NCBI GenBank assembly: GCA_045606145.1
Contig: JAZURG010000204.1
Location: 10,472 to 74,471 of the forward strand
Direction: 5' to 3'
Origin: Faecousia sp.
GTDB taxonomy: Bacteria > Bacillota > Clostridia > Oscillospirales > Oscillospiraceae
DNA: 64,000 bases
Positions 26,800 to 36,900 of this stretch are shown here, piece after piece. The position numbers were made by a program, and so were the translations under genes. Position 1 is the stretch's first letter. The number at the start of each line of letters is the position of its first letter. Below the pieces are notes generated by a model, which was given only the letters and a program-made list of their open reading frames with translations, did not search any database and was not told the origin of the DNA.

Positions 26800-28524
26800 A
26801 TGGCTTTTTTCCATAACTTGAATAAACAATTCCATAGAGAAGATCCACAGCAGCTAAAGCGGGAATTCCTCTGGCTTCTGTCCCGTGCGGCGCAGTACAA
26901 GGGGAAAATTCTGGCGGTTGGCCTGCTGGGATTGATTGGAACCCTGATGGGTCTAGCCTCCAGTGTGGCGTCAAAGTACCTGATTGATGCGGTTACGGGC
27001 TATGGTTCCGGCTTGCTGGGCCGCGCTGCTGTAATCATGGTGCTGATGATGCTGGGGAGCCTGGTCCTGCAGGGAATTTCCTCCCGGGTCAGCGCATCCG
27101 TCCATGTGCGTGTAAAAAATGAGATGCAGCATGGCACCTATGGGAAAATCCTCCGTGCCGGATGGGAAGCGCTGGAACCCTACCGCAGCGGCGATCTGCT
27201 GAACCGTCTGAATTCTGATGTGGATGTCGTTTCCAACGGCACCATCAGTTTTCTTCCTGCCCTGACGACCTCAGTGGTGAAATTTCTGGGCGCATTCTGT
27301 ATCATTCTGTATTATGATCCGGTCATGGCGCTGATCGCCCTGCTAGGCGTGCCGGTAACTCTGGCGCTGTCCAAAATGATGATGCGGAAAATGCGCCGTT
27401 ACAATCTGGAAATGAAGGAACTGACCGGTGAGGTCATGTCCTTTCAGGAGGATTCCTTCCGCAACATTACCAGCATCAAGGCTTTTTCTCTGACCGACCG
27501 GTTTGAAACGGAAATGTATCGGCTTCAGGGAGATTATACCGATGCCTATCTTTCCTATAATGCCTTCCATATCAGTATGTCCTCCTTCCTGTCCTTGGTG
27601 AGCATTGCTGTCACCGCCTCCTGCTTCGGCTGGGGAGTGTATCAGCTGTGGAATGGCAGTATTACTTACGGCTCTATGACCCTGTTTTTGCAGCTGGCAA
27701 GCACCCTGCGGGGCTCTTTCTCTGCGCTGGTATCTCTGGCGCAGCAGATGATTTCACTGACTACCTCCGCCGGCCGCGTTATGGCCGTGGAAGATCTTCC
27801 TGAGGAAGATAAAAACGTGCCGGATGGCCTTTTGGATGAGGACAGGCTGGATATCGTGATGGAGAAGGTTTCTTTTCGGTATCAAAACGGCGATACCGTG
27901 CTGGAACCCTTTGATTTTACTGCCCGTCACGGTGACGTGATCGCCATCACCGGCCCCTCCGGTGAAGGCAAGACCACGCTGCTGCGGCTGCTGCTGGGGC
28001 TGGTGGAGCCCGACAGCGGAAAGGCAGAACTGTTGGGGAAAAGCGGAACCCGGTATCCCATTGCCGCGGGTACCAGAGGGATCTTCTCCTATGTGCCCCA
28101 GGGCAACAGTGTGTTTTCCGGTACCATTGCGGAAAATCTGCGGCTGGTGCGCTCTGACGCCACTGACGAAGATCTGGAAATGGTGCTGAAAATTGCCTGC
28201 GCATGGGATTTTGTCAGCCAGCTCCCCGAAGGTTTGCACCATCGTTTGGGTGCCGGCGGCCGGGGTATTTCCGAGGGTCAGGCCCAGCGTTTGGCCATTG
28301 CCCGGGCCTTGCTGCGCAGGGCACCCATCCTGCTGTTGGACGAGGCCACCTCCGGTCTGGATATTGCCACGGAGCGGCAGCTTCTGAAAAATCTGCGCGG
28401 GTGCGGCCTGCTGCATACCTGCGTTTTGGTGACTCACCGTCCTGAAAGCGCCAGATTCTGCAGCCGCAGCTATGAGATCCACCACAGACAGGTGACGGAG
28501 GTGACTGAATGGAACGCAATGTAA
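26800..28524 (+). CDS. ABC transporter, fused permease/ATPase (exporter, no C39 peptidase domain)
   Basis: Six-TM domain with SGDLLNRL; GPSGEGKT Walker A, ISEGQAQR signature, LLLDEATS. Confidence 0.93.
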   Translation: MAFFHNLNKQFHREDPQQLKREFLWLLSRAAQYKGKILAVGLLGLIGTLMGLASSVASKYLIDAVTGYGSGLLGRAAVIMVLMMLGSLVLQGISSRVSASVHVRVKNEMQHGTYGKILRAGWEALEPYRSGDLLNRLNSDVDVVSNGTISFLPALTTSVVKFLGAFCIILYYDPVMALIALLGVPVTLALSKMMMRKMRRYNLEMKELTGEVMSFQEDSFRNITSIKAFSLTDRFETEMYRLQGDYTDAYLSYNAFHISMSSFLSLVSIAVTASCFGWGVYQLWNGSITYGSMTLFLQLASTLRGSFSALVSLAQQMISLTTSAGRVMAVEDLPEEDKNVPDGLLDEDRLDIVMEKVSFRYQNGDTVLEPFDFTARHGDVIAITGPSGEGKTTLLRLLLGLVEPDSGKAELLGKSGTRYPIAAGTRGIFSYVPQGNSVFSGTIAENLRLVRSDATDEDLEMVLKIACAWDFVSQLPEGLHHRLGAGGRGISEGQAQRLAIARALLRRAPILLLDEATSGLDIATERQLLKNLRGCGLLHTCVLVTHRPESARFCSRSYEIHHRQVTEVTEWNAM

Positions 28525-28961
28525 AGGTTCTGCCTCCGGAGGCGCTGATGGATCAGCTGCTGGGGCTGTTGGAGGATACAGAGTCTGTGCCGCTGGTTAT
28601 CAGCGGCAGCAGTATGACTCCTTTTTTGGTACATGGCCGGGATACGGTCTATCTTTCAAAAGTAAAACATCCTTTAAAAAAGGGCGACATGATCCTTTAC
28701 TGCCGGGATAACGGCGCGTATATTTTGCACCGCATCTGTCGGGTGGATGGGGAAACCTATACCCTGGTAGGAGACGCGCAGACCAGGCTGGAGCCGGGGG
28801 TGCGGCAGGATCAGGTGCTGGCAGTGGTGAGCGCCGTGTGCCGCAAAGGGAAAATTCTGCGCAGCGGCAGCTTTTGGTGGGATTTCTTTGAGAGAATATG
28901 GATCCGAATGATTTCTCTGCGGCCCGCGGCCATGGCAGTCTATTCCTACCTGATGGGTTAG
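28509..28961 (+). CDS. S24/S26-family peptidase
   Basis: SGSSMTPFL..GRD, KGD, YILHRI, GD motifs (Ser-His type); no N-terminal TM. Confidence 0.85.
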   Translation: MERNVKVLPPEALMDQLLGLLEDTESVPLVISGSSMTPFLVHGRDTVYLSKVKHPLKKGDMILYCRDNGAYILHRICRVDGETYTLVGDAQTRLEPGVRQDQVLAVVSAVCRKGKILRSGSFWWDFFERIWIRMISLRPAAMAVYSYLMG

Positions 28962-28983
28962 TATTTATAATGGAGAGTAACCG

Positions 28984-29712
28984 ATGATCGATTTACACAG
29001 CCATATTTTGCCGGAGCTGGATGACGGAGCTCAAAGTCTGCGGGAATCTCTTGCAATGGCCCGTATGGCCGTAGACAGCGGCATCACCTCCATGGTGGCA
29101 ACACCCCACTGCGCGGATGATCGAACCCGGGATATATACGCCGCATGGCAGCTCCTTCGGGAAGCGCTGCGAGAGAACGGGATTCCGCTGGCACTGTATC
29201 CGGGCATGGAGATCTTTGGTACAGAGGATACGGCAAAATTGCTGCGGGAAGGGAAGCTGCTCACACTGAACGGATCTCATTATCCGCTGATCGAATTTTC
29301 TTTTCATTCCAGCGGAGAAGAGGAAACCTGGGTTCTCAGCAGCTTGTGCAGGTCGGGGTTTCGGCCCATCGTTGCCCACCCGGAGCGGTATTCTTATATC
29401 CGGAGAGACCCACGGATCCTCAACAGTTGGCTCCGGATGGGATGCCTGCTGCAGGTGAACCGGGGCAGTTTGCTAGGACGTTTCGGCGGATACGCTCAGG
29501 AAATGGCAATGGAGCTGGTGGGACGCAGGTTTGCCACGGTGGTCGCCAGCGATGCCCATTCTTCACGAGTGCGGACACCCTGGATGGAGGATGCGTGGCA
29601 GTTGTTGTCGGCAGAGTTTTCTCCCCGGTGTGCCAGAACACTGCTGGCAGACAATCCCAAGAAGATATTGAAAGACGAACAATTGACTCCGGCAGAGCCG
29701 GAGTGGTTTTGA
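28984..29712 (+). CDS. PHP-family tyrosine phosphatase (CpsB/CapC)
   Basis: MIDLHSHILP..DDG, ATPH, AHPERY, ASDAH. Confidence 0.95.
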   Translation: MIDLHSHILPELDDGAQSLRESLAMARMAVDSGITSMVATPHCADDRTRDIYAAWQLLREALRENGIPLALYPGMEIFGTEDTAKLLREGKLLTLNGSHYPLIEFSFHSSGEEETWVLSSLCRSGFRPIVAHPERYSYIRRDPRILNSWLRMGCLLQVNRGSLLGRFGGYAQEMAMELVGRRFATVVASDAHSSRVRTPWMEDAWQLLSAEFSPRCARTLLADNPKKILKDEQLTPAEPEWF

Positions 29713-29730
29713 TAAAGAAGGCGAAGATTC

Positions 29731-30603
29731 ATGAAAAATAAAAACTGGATATTGGTTTTGCTGATCGTTGTATGTGTGGTTGTATATTATGGCTATCGGG
29801 CGCTGGATCTGGCGGGAACGGATACGAAAGCACCGGAAATCGAGATAAACACAGAACGCGTGGAAGTGTCTGTTCTGGATCCCAAGAGCGCGCTTCTGCA
29901 GGGTGTGACGGCTACGGACAACGTGGACGGAGACGTGACGGAGTCTGTTGTTGTGGAGAGCATCAGCCTGCTCGATACTGATGGTACGATTTCTGTCAGC
30001 TATGCGGCATTTGACTCGACGGGCAATGTGGCCAAGGCAACACGGGAGGCAAAGTATACGGATTACGAAAGGCCGAAGCTGACTTTAAGTGGACCGCTGC
30101 TCTATACCCACGGCTCCAATTTTGATGTTTTGTCTACCGTAGGCGCTACAGACATGATCGATGGTGATATCCAGCATCGGGTCAGAGCTACTGCCCTGGA
30201 GGAAGACTCCATTGCGATCTTGGGTACACATCAGGTGCGTTTCCAGGTGAATAATTCTCTGGGGGACACGATGACGCTGGATTTGCCGGTGGAGGTTTAT
30301 GCCGCAGGTACCTATAATGCCGGTTTGACACTGACAGAGTATCTGATCTATCTTCCTGCAGGCGCGGATTTTAACCCCACAAGCTATCTGGATACCTTTA
30401 CCCTGCGGGGGGAAACGACCAATCTGAGAAATGGCCTTCCCAGAAACTATACTTTGCGCACCAAGGGGGAGGTACAGACCCAGCAGCCGGGCGTCTATAG
30501 TGTGGAATACAGAGTGACCTATACAGTTCGGAATGAGACAAATCCCGATTTAAATCAGGAATTTACCGGATATTCCAAACTGATTGTCGTGGTGGAAGGA
30601 TAA
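29731..30603 (+). CDS. Membrane-anchored Ig-like repeat protein
   Basis: N-terminal TM; DTKAPEI, GVTATDNVDGDVT, ATDMIDGDI and PGVYSVEY Ig-like motifs. Confidence 0.7.
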   Translation: MKNKNWILVLLIVVCVVVYYGYRALDLAGTDTKAPEIEINTERVEVSVLDPKSALLQGVTATDNVDGDVTESVVVESISLLDTDGTISVSYAAFDSTGNVAKATREAKYTDYERPKLTLSGPLLYTHGSNFDVLSTVGATDMIDGDIQHRVRATALEEDSIAILGTHQVRFQVNNSLGDTMTLDLPVEVYAAGTYNAGLTLTEYLIYLPAGADFNPTSYLDTFTLRGETTNLRNGLPRNYTLRTKGEVQTQQPGVYSVEYRVTYTVRNETNPDLNQEFTGYSKLIVVVEG

Positions 30604-30607
30604 GCCG

Positions 30608-32059
30608 ATGAGAAAAACCAATGAATTACATATGGAGGATAAAGGACTTTTGCCTTTTGATCCTATTGTCATTATCCGGGATGTGCTTAAGCACTGGCTG
30701 GTGATCGTTTTGGTAGCCCTTATGGTAGGTGTTGGTGTCTATATCTACACAGACGCATCCTATGAGCCGGTTTATCGGACCAATACGGTTTTTGTGGTGA
30801 CCACCCGGGGCAGCTCCACGACGGTGTACAACAACCTATCCTCTACCAGCAATCTGGCGTCTTTGTTTACGGAACTGCTCAACAGCTCCATCATGCGAAA
30901 GACGATCGCGGAGGAGATGGGTGTTTCCTCATTTAACGGAACCATTTCCACCTCGGTGATCACCAATACGAACCTAATTACCATGACGGTGACTGCCCCG
31001 GATCCCCGGATGGCATTCCTTGCTACCCAAACGCTTATTGAGCGGCATGAAACGCTGACCTACGAGGTCGTGGACGGCATTATTCTGGAGGTTCTTCAGA
31101 ATCCCACGGTGCCGCGGTCTCCTATGAACTATAACGACGCGTCCGGCCGTATGAAAGAAATGATGGTTCTGGCGGCGGTGGCGGCCATGGCGATCTTGGC
31201 GGTGCTGTCCTACATGCGCAATACAGTTCGCAGCGGCGCTGAGGCGCGGGCAAAGCTGGATTGCGATTATATGGGTGAGATCCCCCATGAGAATAAGTAT
31301 AAGACGGTTTTCGCACGGCTGAACCGCAAAAAAACCAGCATTCTGATCAGCAACCCAGTTACCAGCTTCCGTTTTGTGGAGAGCGTCCGCAAGCTCCGCC
31401 GCCGGGTGGAGCAGCACATGGATGGCGGCAAGGTGCTGATGGTGACGAGTCTTCTGGAAAACGAAGGCAAGTCTACCGTGGCGATAAATCTGGCCTTAGC
31501 CATGGAGCAGAAACACAAGCGGGTGCTTTTGATCGACTGCGATCTGCTCAAGCCTGCATGCCACGTGATTTTGGAGCAGCGGGAATTTGCCTCTGGTATT
31601 AAGGAAGTTTTGCAGGACAGCGCCGATCTGACCGAGTCGATCCTTCAGTATAAGAGAACTAACATGTACATGCTATTGGCCAGAAAGAAAGGCCGGAGCA
31701 TCGGTGACCGGCTTATCTGCGATCGGATGAAGGAGCTGCTGGACTGGGCCCGGGAAAACTTTGATTTTGTGGTTCTGGACTTGCCGCCGGTGAGTGTAGC
31801 ATCGGATGCCGAGAGTATGATGGATCTGGCAGATGCCTGTCTGCTGGTGGTTCGCCAGAACACAGCAGTGGCACCGGCATTGAACAAAGTTATCGCTTCT
31901 CTGGAGGGACACAGGGCAGAAATGCTGGGTTGTGTGCTGAATAATGTATATGCTACCCGGCTGTCCTCCGGCGGAGGCTACGGCTACGGCTATGGCTATG
32001 GCGTCTACAGAAAGTACGGTCACTATGGCAGCTACGGGTCCCGTGACTCCGGAAGATAA
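30608..32059 (+). CDS. Fused Wzz chain-length/BY tyrosine kinase (CpsCD), copy 1
   Basis: Two TMs; ENEGKST, IDCDLLKP, LDLPP; C-terminal GYGYGYGY cluster. Confidence 0.9.
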   Translation: MRKTNELHMEDKGLLPFDPIVIIRDVLKHWLVIVLVALMVGVGVYIYTDASYEPVYRTNTVFVVTTRGSSTTVYNNLSSTSNLASLFTELLNSSIMRKTIAEEMGVSSFNGTISTSVITNTNLITMTVTAPDPRMAFLATQTLIERHETLTYEVVDGIILEVLQNPTVPRSPMNYNDASGRMKEMMVLAAVAAMAILAVLSYMRNTVRSGAEARAKLDCDYMGEIPHENKYKTVFARLNRKKTSILISNPVTSFRFVESVRKLRRRVEQHMDGGKVLMVTSLLENEGKSTVAINLALAMEQKHKRVLLIDCDLLKPACHVILEQREFASGIKEVLQDSADLTESILQYKRTNMYMLLARKKGRSIGDRLICDRMKELLDWARENFDFVVLDLPPVSVASDAESMMDLADACLLVVRQNTAVAPALNKVIASLEGHRAEMLGCVLNNVYATRLSSGGGYGYGYGYGVYRKYGHYGSYGSRDSGR

Positions 32060-32073
32060 GAAAGGTTGCTGTT

Positions 32074-33483
32074 ATGGAAAACGAAGAAAAGGCAATACAG
32101 AAACTGGACATATTTATGCTGTTGGAAGACTTCCTGCGGCAGGCCAAACGGATGTGGCTGCTGGGCTTGGTGCTGATCTTGGTGTGCGGTTTGGGTCTGA
32201 CAGTTATGCGGCGCAGCGCCTATCGGCCCGCCTATGAGGCGTACGCATCGTTTACGGTGCGGGTAGCCAACCCGCTGTATGCCAATGTCGGCGGCTATAA
32301 TGAGAAAACAGCGCAGGTCATGGCGGACACATTTCCATCCATTCTCACCAGCAATCTGCTGCAGAAGCGTGTTATGGAGGAATTGGGACTTTCCGGCGTG
32401 CCGACCATGACGGTCTCCGCTGTAGCGCAATCCAGCATTCTAACGCTGACAGTCCGGGATCCGGATCCGCAGCGGGCCTATGATGTACTCAACGCGGTGA
32501 TCAAATGCTATCCGGATGTGGCGGAATTTGTTGTGGGCTCCACGGCACTGATTCTGCTGGATGAAAGCGGACTGCCCACGAATCCCGTTGCCGCGTTTGA
32601 TCATAAGCATTACGCCATCCAGGGCGCTTTCATAGGCGCGATCCTCTGGTGCGCGGTGGTGGTTTTCCTGATTATGATGAAGAATACCGTTCACAATGAG
32701 GATGAGCTGCGCAGAGTTCTGAATACACCCTGCATGGGCCAGATCCCCTCGGTAAAGCTGTCTAAGAAGATGCCCTATCCCCTGGTGCACCGGTGGAAAA
32801 ATGACATGGGCTTCAGTGAATCCGTCCGTTTGCTCCGTCTGCGCTTAGAGAGGGCTATGGAGGAAGAAGGAAAGAAGGTCCTTCTGGTATCCAGCGCGGT
32901 TCCCGGCGAAGGAAAGACCACTGTCTCCGTCAATCTGGCGGTATCTCTCGCCCAGAAAGGGAAGCGGGTGCTGCTGGTGGATTGCGATCTGCGCAACCCC
33001 TCTGTGGTCAAGACGCTGTCAACTAAGCACAACCCCATAAGAAACGAGAAAAATCTTGTGGAATACATGCGGGGCAAGGTTACTGTTATCGACATGATCC
33101 AGCCCACAGATCAGGAGAATCTGTTTGTGATCCCCGGCGGCCCCGGTGACAAAGAGGCTTATTCCAACATGCTTTCTCATGAACGAATGGCCCGGTTGCT
33201 TCAGGCGGGGCGGAAACTGTATGACTACGTTATACTCGATACACCGCCCTGCTCCCTGCTGACAGATGCCGCAGAGGTGGCGGAGTATGCGGAAGCGGGA
33301 CTGATAGTCATCCGTCAGGACTTTGCTGCCCGGGATCAGATCGTGGACGGCATTCAGCGGCTCGGTGACAGCAAGCTGCCCATCATAGGCTGTGTTTTCA
33401 ATAACGTTCGAAAGAGCTTGTCCGGCGGCTATGGATATGGCTACGGATACGGCTATAGCTATGGCTACGGAAACAAAAGGTAA
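32074..33483 (+). CDS. Fused Wzz chain-length/BY tyrosine kinase (CpsCD), copy 2
   Basis: PGEGKTT, VDCDLRNP, LDTPP; C-terminal GYGYGYGYGYSYGY. Confidence 0.92.
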   Translation: MENEEKAIQKLDIFMLLEDFLRQAKRMWLLGLVLILVCGLGLTVMRRSAYRPAYEAYASFTVRVANPLYANVGGYNEKTAQVMADTFPSILTSNLLQKRVMEELGLSGVPTMTVSAVAQSSILTLTVRDPDPQRAYDVLNAVIKCYPDVAEFVVGSTALILLDESGLPTNPVAAFDHKHYAIQGAFIGAILWCAVVVFLIMMKNTVHNEDELRRVLNTPCMGQIPSVKLSKKMPYPLVHRWKNDMGFSESVRLLRLRLERAMEEEGKKVLLVSSAVPGEGKTTVSVNLAVSLAQKGKRVLLVDCDLRNPSVVKTLSTKHNPIRNEKNLVEYMRGKVTVIDMIQPTDQENLFVIPGGPGDKEAYSNMLSHERMARLLQAGRKLYDYVILDTPPCSLLTDAAEVAEYAEAGLIVIRQDFAARDQIVDGIQRLGDSKLPIIGCVFNNVRKSLSGGYGYGYGYGYSYGYGNKR

Positions 33484-33530
33484 CTTTTGCAAAAATGCCC
33501 TTGTGCAAGGCAATATCATTAAGTTAAGAA

Positions 33531-33724
33531 TGTCATTCTGAGCGACCGAAGGGAGTCGAAGGATCCGCTATTTTTGGGCACGGATTCTTCGGCTCGCTTT
33601 GCATTAGAAGCGGTATGATTGCCCCCGGCAATCATATTATTTGAAGATTCGCTGCGCTCTGCAACGCCCCCGCCCTACGGTATTTCTGGTGAGATATTTG
33701 TAGGGCGGGGGCTTGCTCCCGCCG
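33531..33724. repeat. Cluster of REP-like palindromic elements
   Basis: TGTCATTCTGAGCGACCGAAGGGAGTCGAAGGATC, ATGATTGCCCCCGGCAATCAT, CCCCCGCCCTAC...GTAGGGCGGGGG. Confidence 0.6.
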
Positions 33725-33821
33725 TTTGTTGTGAATATATTTACTGGTAATTTTACAGCCCTTTTTTGACAGTCGCCAAAAACATCCGTGGATAAGAGCG
33801 GTTTTGTATGGATATTTGCCA

Positions 33822-33850
33822 TTGACAATTGCGCTTGCGGGGGTTACAAT
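33822..33850 (+). promoter_or_regulatory. sigma-A promoter of giant-protein/precursor operon
   Basis: TTGACA-17 bp-TACAAT; AAGGAGG RBS at 33932-33938. Confidence 0.75.
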
Positions 33851-33946
33851 ATAAGGTACAATGCTATAGTTAGGCGAATAGTCCCATCGTGGGAAAAAGT
33901 GTCTGATTATGTAATTAACTTGAAGTGATTCAAGGAGGTATCATTT

Positions 33947-36900
33947 ATGAAAGAGATGAAGAGAGTTCTTGCGCTGCTTCTGTGCTTCGTGATGCTGGTT
34001 GGCCTTGTGCCTGTAAGCGCACTGAACGTATGGGCAGCGGAAGGAGAAGAGCCGATCTATGTCCTGGCCGGCGGCGACTTCCAGGAAGCCGGTGACCATG
34101 CCAACAGCGCTGCGAACGTGAAGAACATTCTGACGCAGATCACCCAGAAATATGATACGATGGACGGTTTCTTGTTCATTGGCGATTATGACTGCGAAAC
34201 CCACGACAGCGCAACAGAGACCGCTAACGGTATCGCTGCGCTGATGGGCGCGGTGCAGACTTCTTACAGCAATATCGTCGATTCCAATTCCGTGCTGGTG
34301 CAGGGTAACCATGACTATAAGGATTCCCGGATCGATGCCACAGGCGGACACGATTTTGACGGTTATTCTGCTTACGTCCTGAATGAGGATGACTATCCCA
34401 ACGGCGGCGGCTCTCAGTCCCAGATCCAAACACTGGCGAAGAATCTGGAAACCTGGCTGAATGCCAAGCTGGGCGAGGGCTATGACGCACCGATTTTCAT
34501 TACCTCCCACCTGCCTCTGGCTTTCACTCCCCGTACTGTGACCCAGGGCGATGCGAAATATGCCAAGTACATTTTTGATGTTCTGAACGCTGCTGCTGAA
34601 GACGGCCTGAACATCATCTTCCTGCACGGCCATGACCATGCCTACGGCCCTGATAACTATATGGGCGGCGAGGCGATCTACCTGCCCGTGGGCGATAAGA
34701 TCTGCATCGCCGAGGAAGGCTCCACCAGCAAATGGACGGAAGAGACCCTGAAGTTCACCTACATGAATGCTGGCTACACCGGCTACTATTCCGATCCCTA
34801 TACTTATGTCACCACTGCCGGTACTGATAAGCTGACCATGACGGTTTTTGCTATCGAGAATAACAAGGTCACCGTGGAGCGTTACAGCGCCAACGGTCAG
34901 TACAATCTGAAGTCTGCCGGTTATGACGGTTCTTACAGCAATACTTCCGTCACCAACCAGTCTCTGGGCCTGCCTAAGTATAGCGCTGTCTATGCCTCTC
35001 CCCAGACCATCTCTTTGCGCGAGGTGCAGGATTACGGCACCATTGGCAGTTGGGTCGGCGTGACTGCTGAGACTCCTGCAGACGATGTGGCCACTAAGAA
35101 CAACGGTTGGGTGGAAGTCATTGCGCCTGTACCCGGCACCGGTGCTGATGATGTGAAGACCTCTGGCAATAGCTGGGTTACCCTGACTCAGCCTTCCAAT
35201 GGTGAAACAATCTTCAAGCTGACTGACACCCTAACCGACGGCAAGAAGTACGTTATTGTCAACAGAAATACAGCTGGTAATGGTAATGCTGTGAATTTGA
35301 ACAATAATAACAGCATTAACTCCAATGCCGTTACGGTTATTGTTGATACCAATGGTACTTACATCAAGGCTCCTGCAACCACTGCTCAGTGGAGCTTTAC
35401 CAACGATAGGTTGCGGAGCGTAAGTTCCACTAACCGCTATTTGCGCGGTAACAGCAATAGTCTGTCAACTACTACAAGTACCAGTTCTTCTTACATTACA
35501 TGGAACTATTCTAACGATGACTATGGATTGAGAGCACGGTATAGCGGCAATTATAATTCTTACAGATACATGACTTCGGTCACTACTACTTCTAATAGTA
35601 GTTCCAATACCAACCGTGTCTACATTTACGTAGAAGACACTTTACCTGGATCCAATGGCCTTTACGCCTACCTGAAGGGTAACTTGTCCTACAATGCCAC
35701 TGCGAACATGACTGCCGAGCAGGTGTTGGCTATGGTCAAGGAAGGTATTGCCATTCAGTACGCCACCGCTGCCGACTACAGCGACGAGCAGAACTACCCG
35801 GATGACGGTGAGGGCATGACCTGGACGCTGGATCCCAATTATGATCCCGCTGTTCCCGGCGACTATGCTGTGACCATTGCTTTCAATGGCACGACCATCG
35901 GTGTTGCCGAGGTCGTTGTGACCCTTGCTGACCAGAATGGTACCTACTACAAGATTTCCGGTGATTTGACCTACAATGTAGAGAATGGCACTTCTGCGGA
36001 GAAGGTGGAGGATGCTGTAAAGACAGGCATTACTGCTTATAAGTACGAGAGTATGTCCAAGCCTGGCACAAATGTGACCGGTACTGAGGTTGCTGACTCT
36101 GAGATCACTTGGGTTCTGGATTCGAGTTATAATGGAAACAACGCAGGCGACTACGCGGTTACTATCAGTAAGGACGGTAAGCAGCTGGGTACCGCGGAGG
36201 TGGTCGTTCCCGCGACGACTACCTACTATGCCGCTGAAGGCAACGGCATGTACATCGTGGACATGAATACTTCCGCGGCTAATGCCATGGCTGCTGTTCA
36301 GGCGGGTGTCACCGTGTATTCCGCCACCGATGCCAACGGCACCGGCAAGACAGCCATTTCCGACGACGATGTTACCTGGAACTGGGTGGACAGCTATGAC
36401 GGTGCCAATGTAGGCCCCTACACCGTGGAGATCCTGAAGAACGGTAACTCTTTGGGCTCCGTCGAGGTCAAGGTCGATGTCGAATTTGAGACCGGTATCA
36501 ATGCTGATTGGACTTACATTGGTGAGACCGAAGCCACCGGCGGAACCACAACTGTGACCTATACCCTGGATACCAACGGTATCGATACCGGCTCCGGCAA
36601 TAAGTATATCATCGTGGCGCGCAATCAAGCATACCTGCTGAATGCGGGCAGTGCAGTTGCAATTACCATCTCTTCCGATGGAAAGACTGCAACAACCTCT
36701 ACCCGTGACTATGAGTATTACTTCACTGGATCCACCAGTGGTTTGATTACCCGTGACGGTACAAACACACTGTACCAGCAAAACTGGGGTATTCATACCG
36801 GTTACATTGAAGACTCCAACCTGGACCGTTTTACCAATTTGTACAACGGCTACTACCGCCTGTATGACGGCGACGGAACTAACCGTTCCTTGTACTATGA

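Noticed and set aside
31975-33470. GGCTAC/GGCTAT tandem repeats at the ends of both kinase genes as contingency loci
   Set aside because: In-frame, synonymous-variable repeats encoding the normal BY-kinase Tyr cluster.
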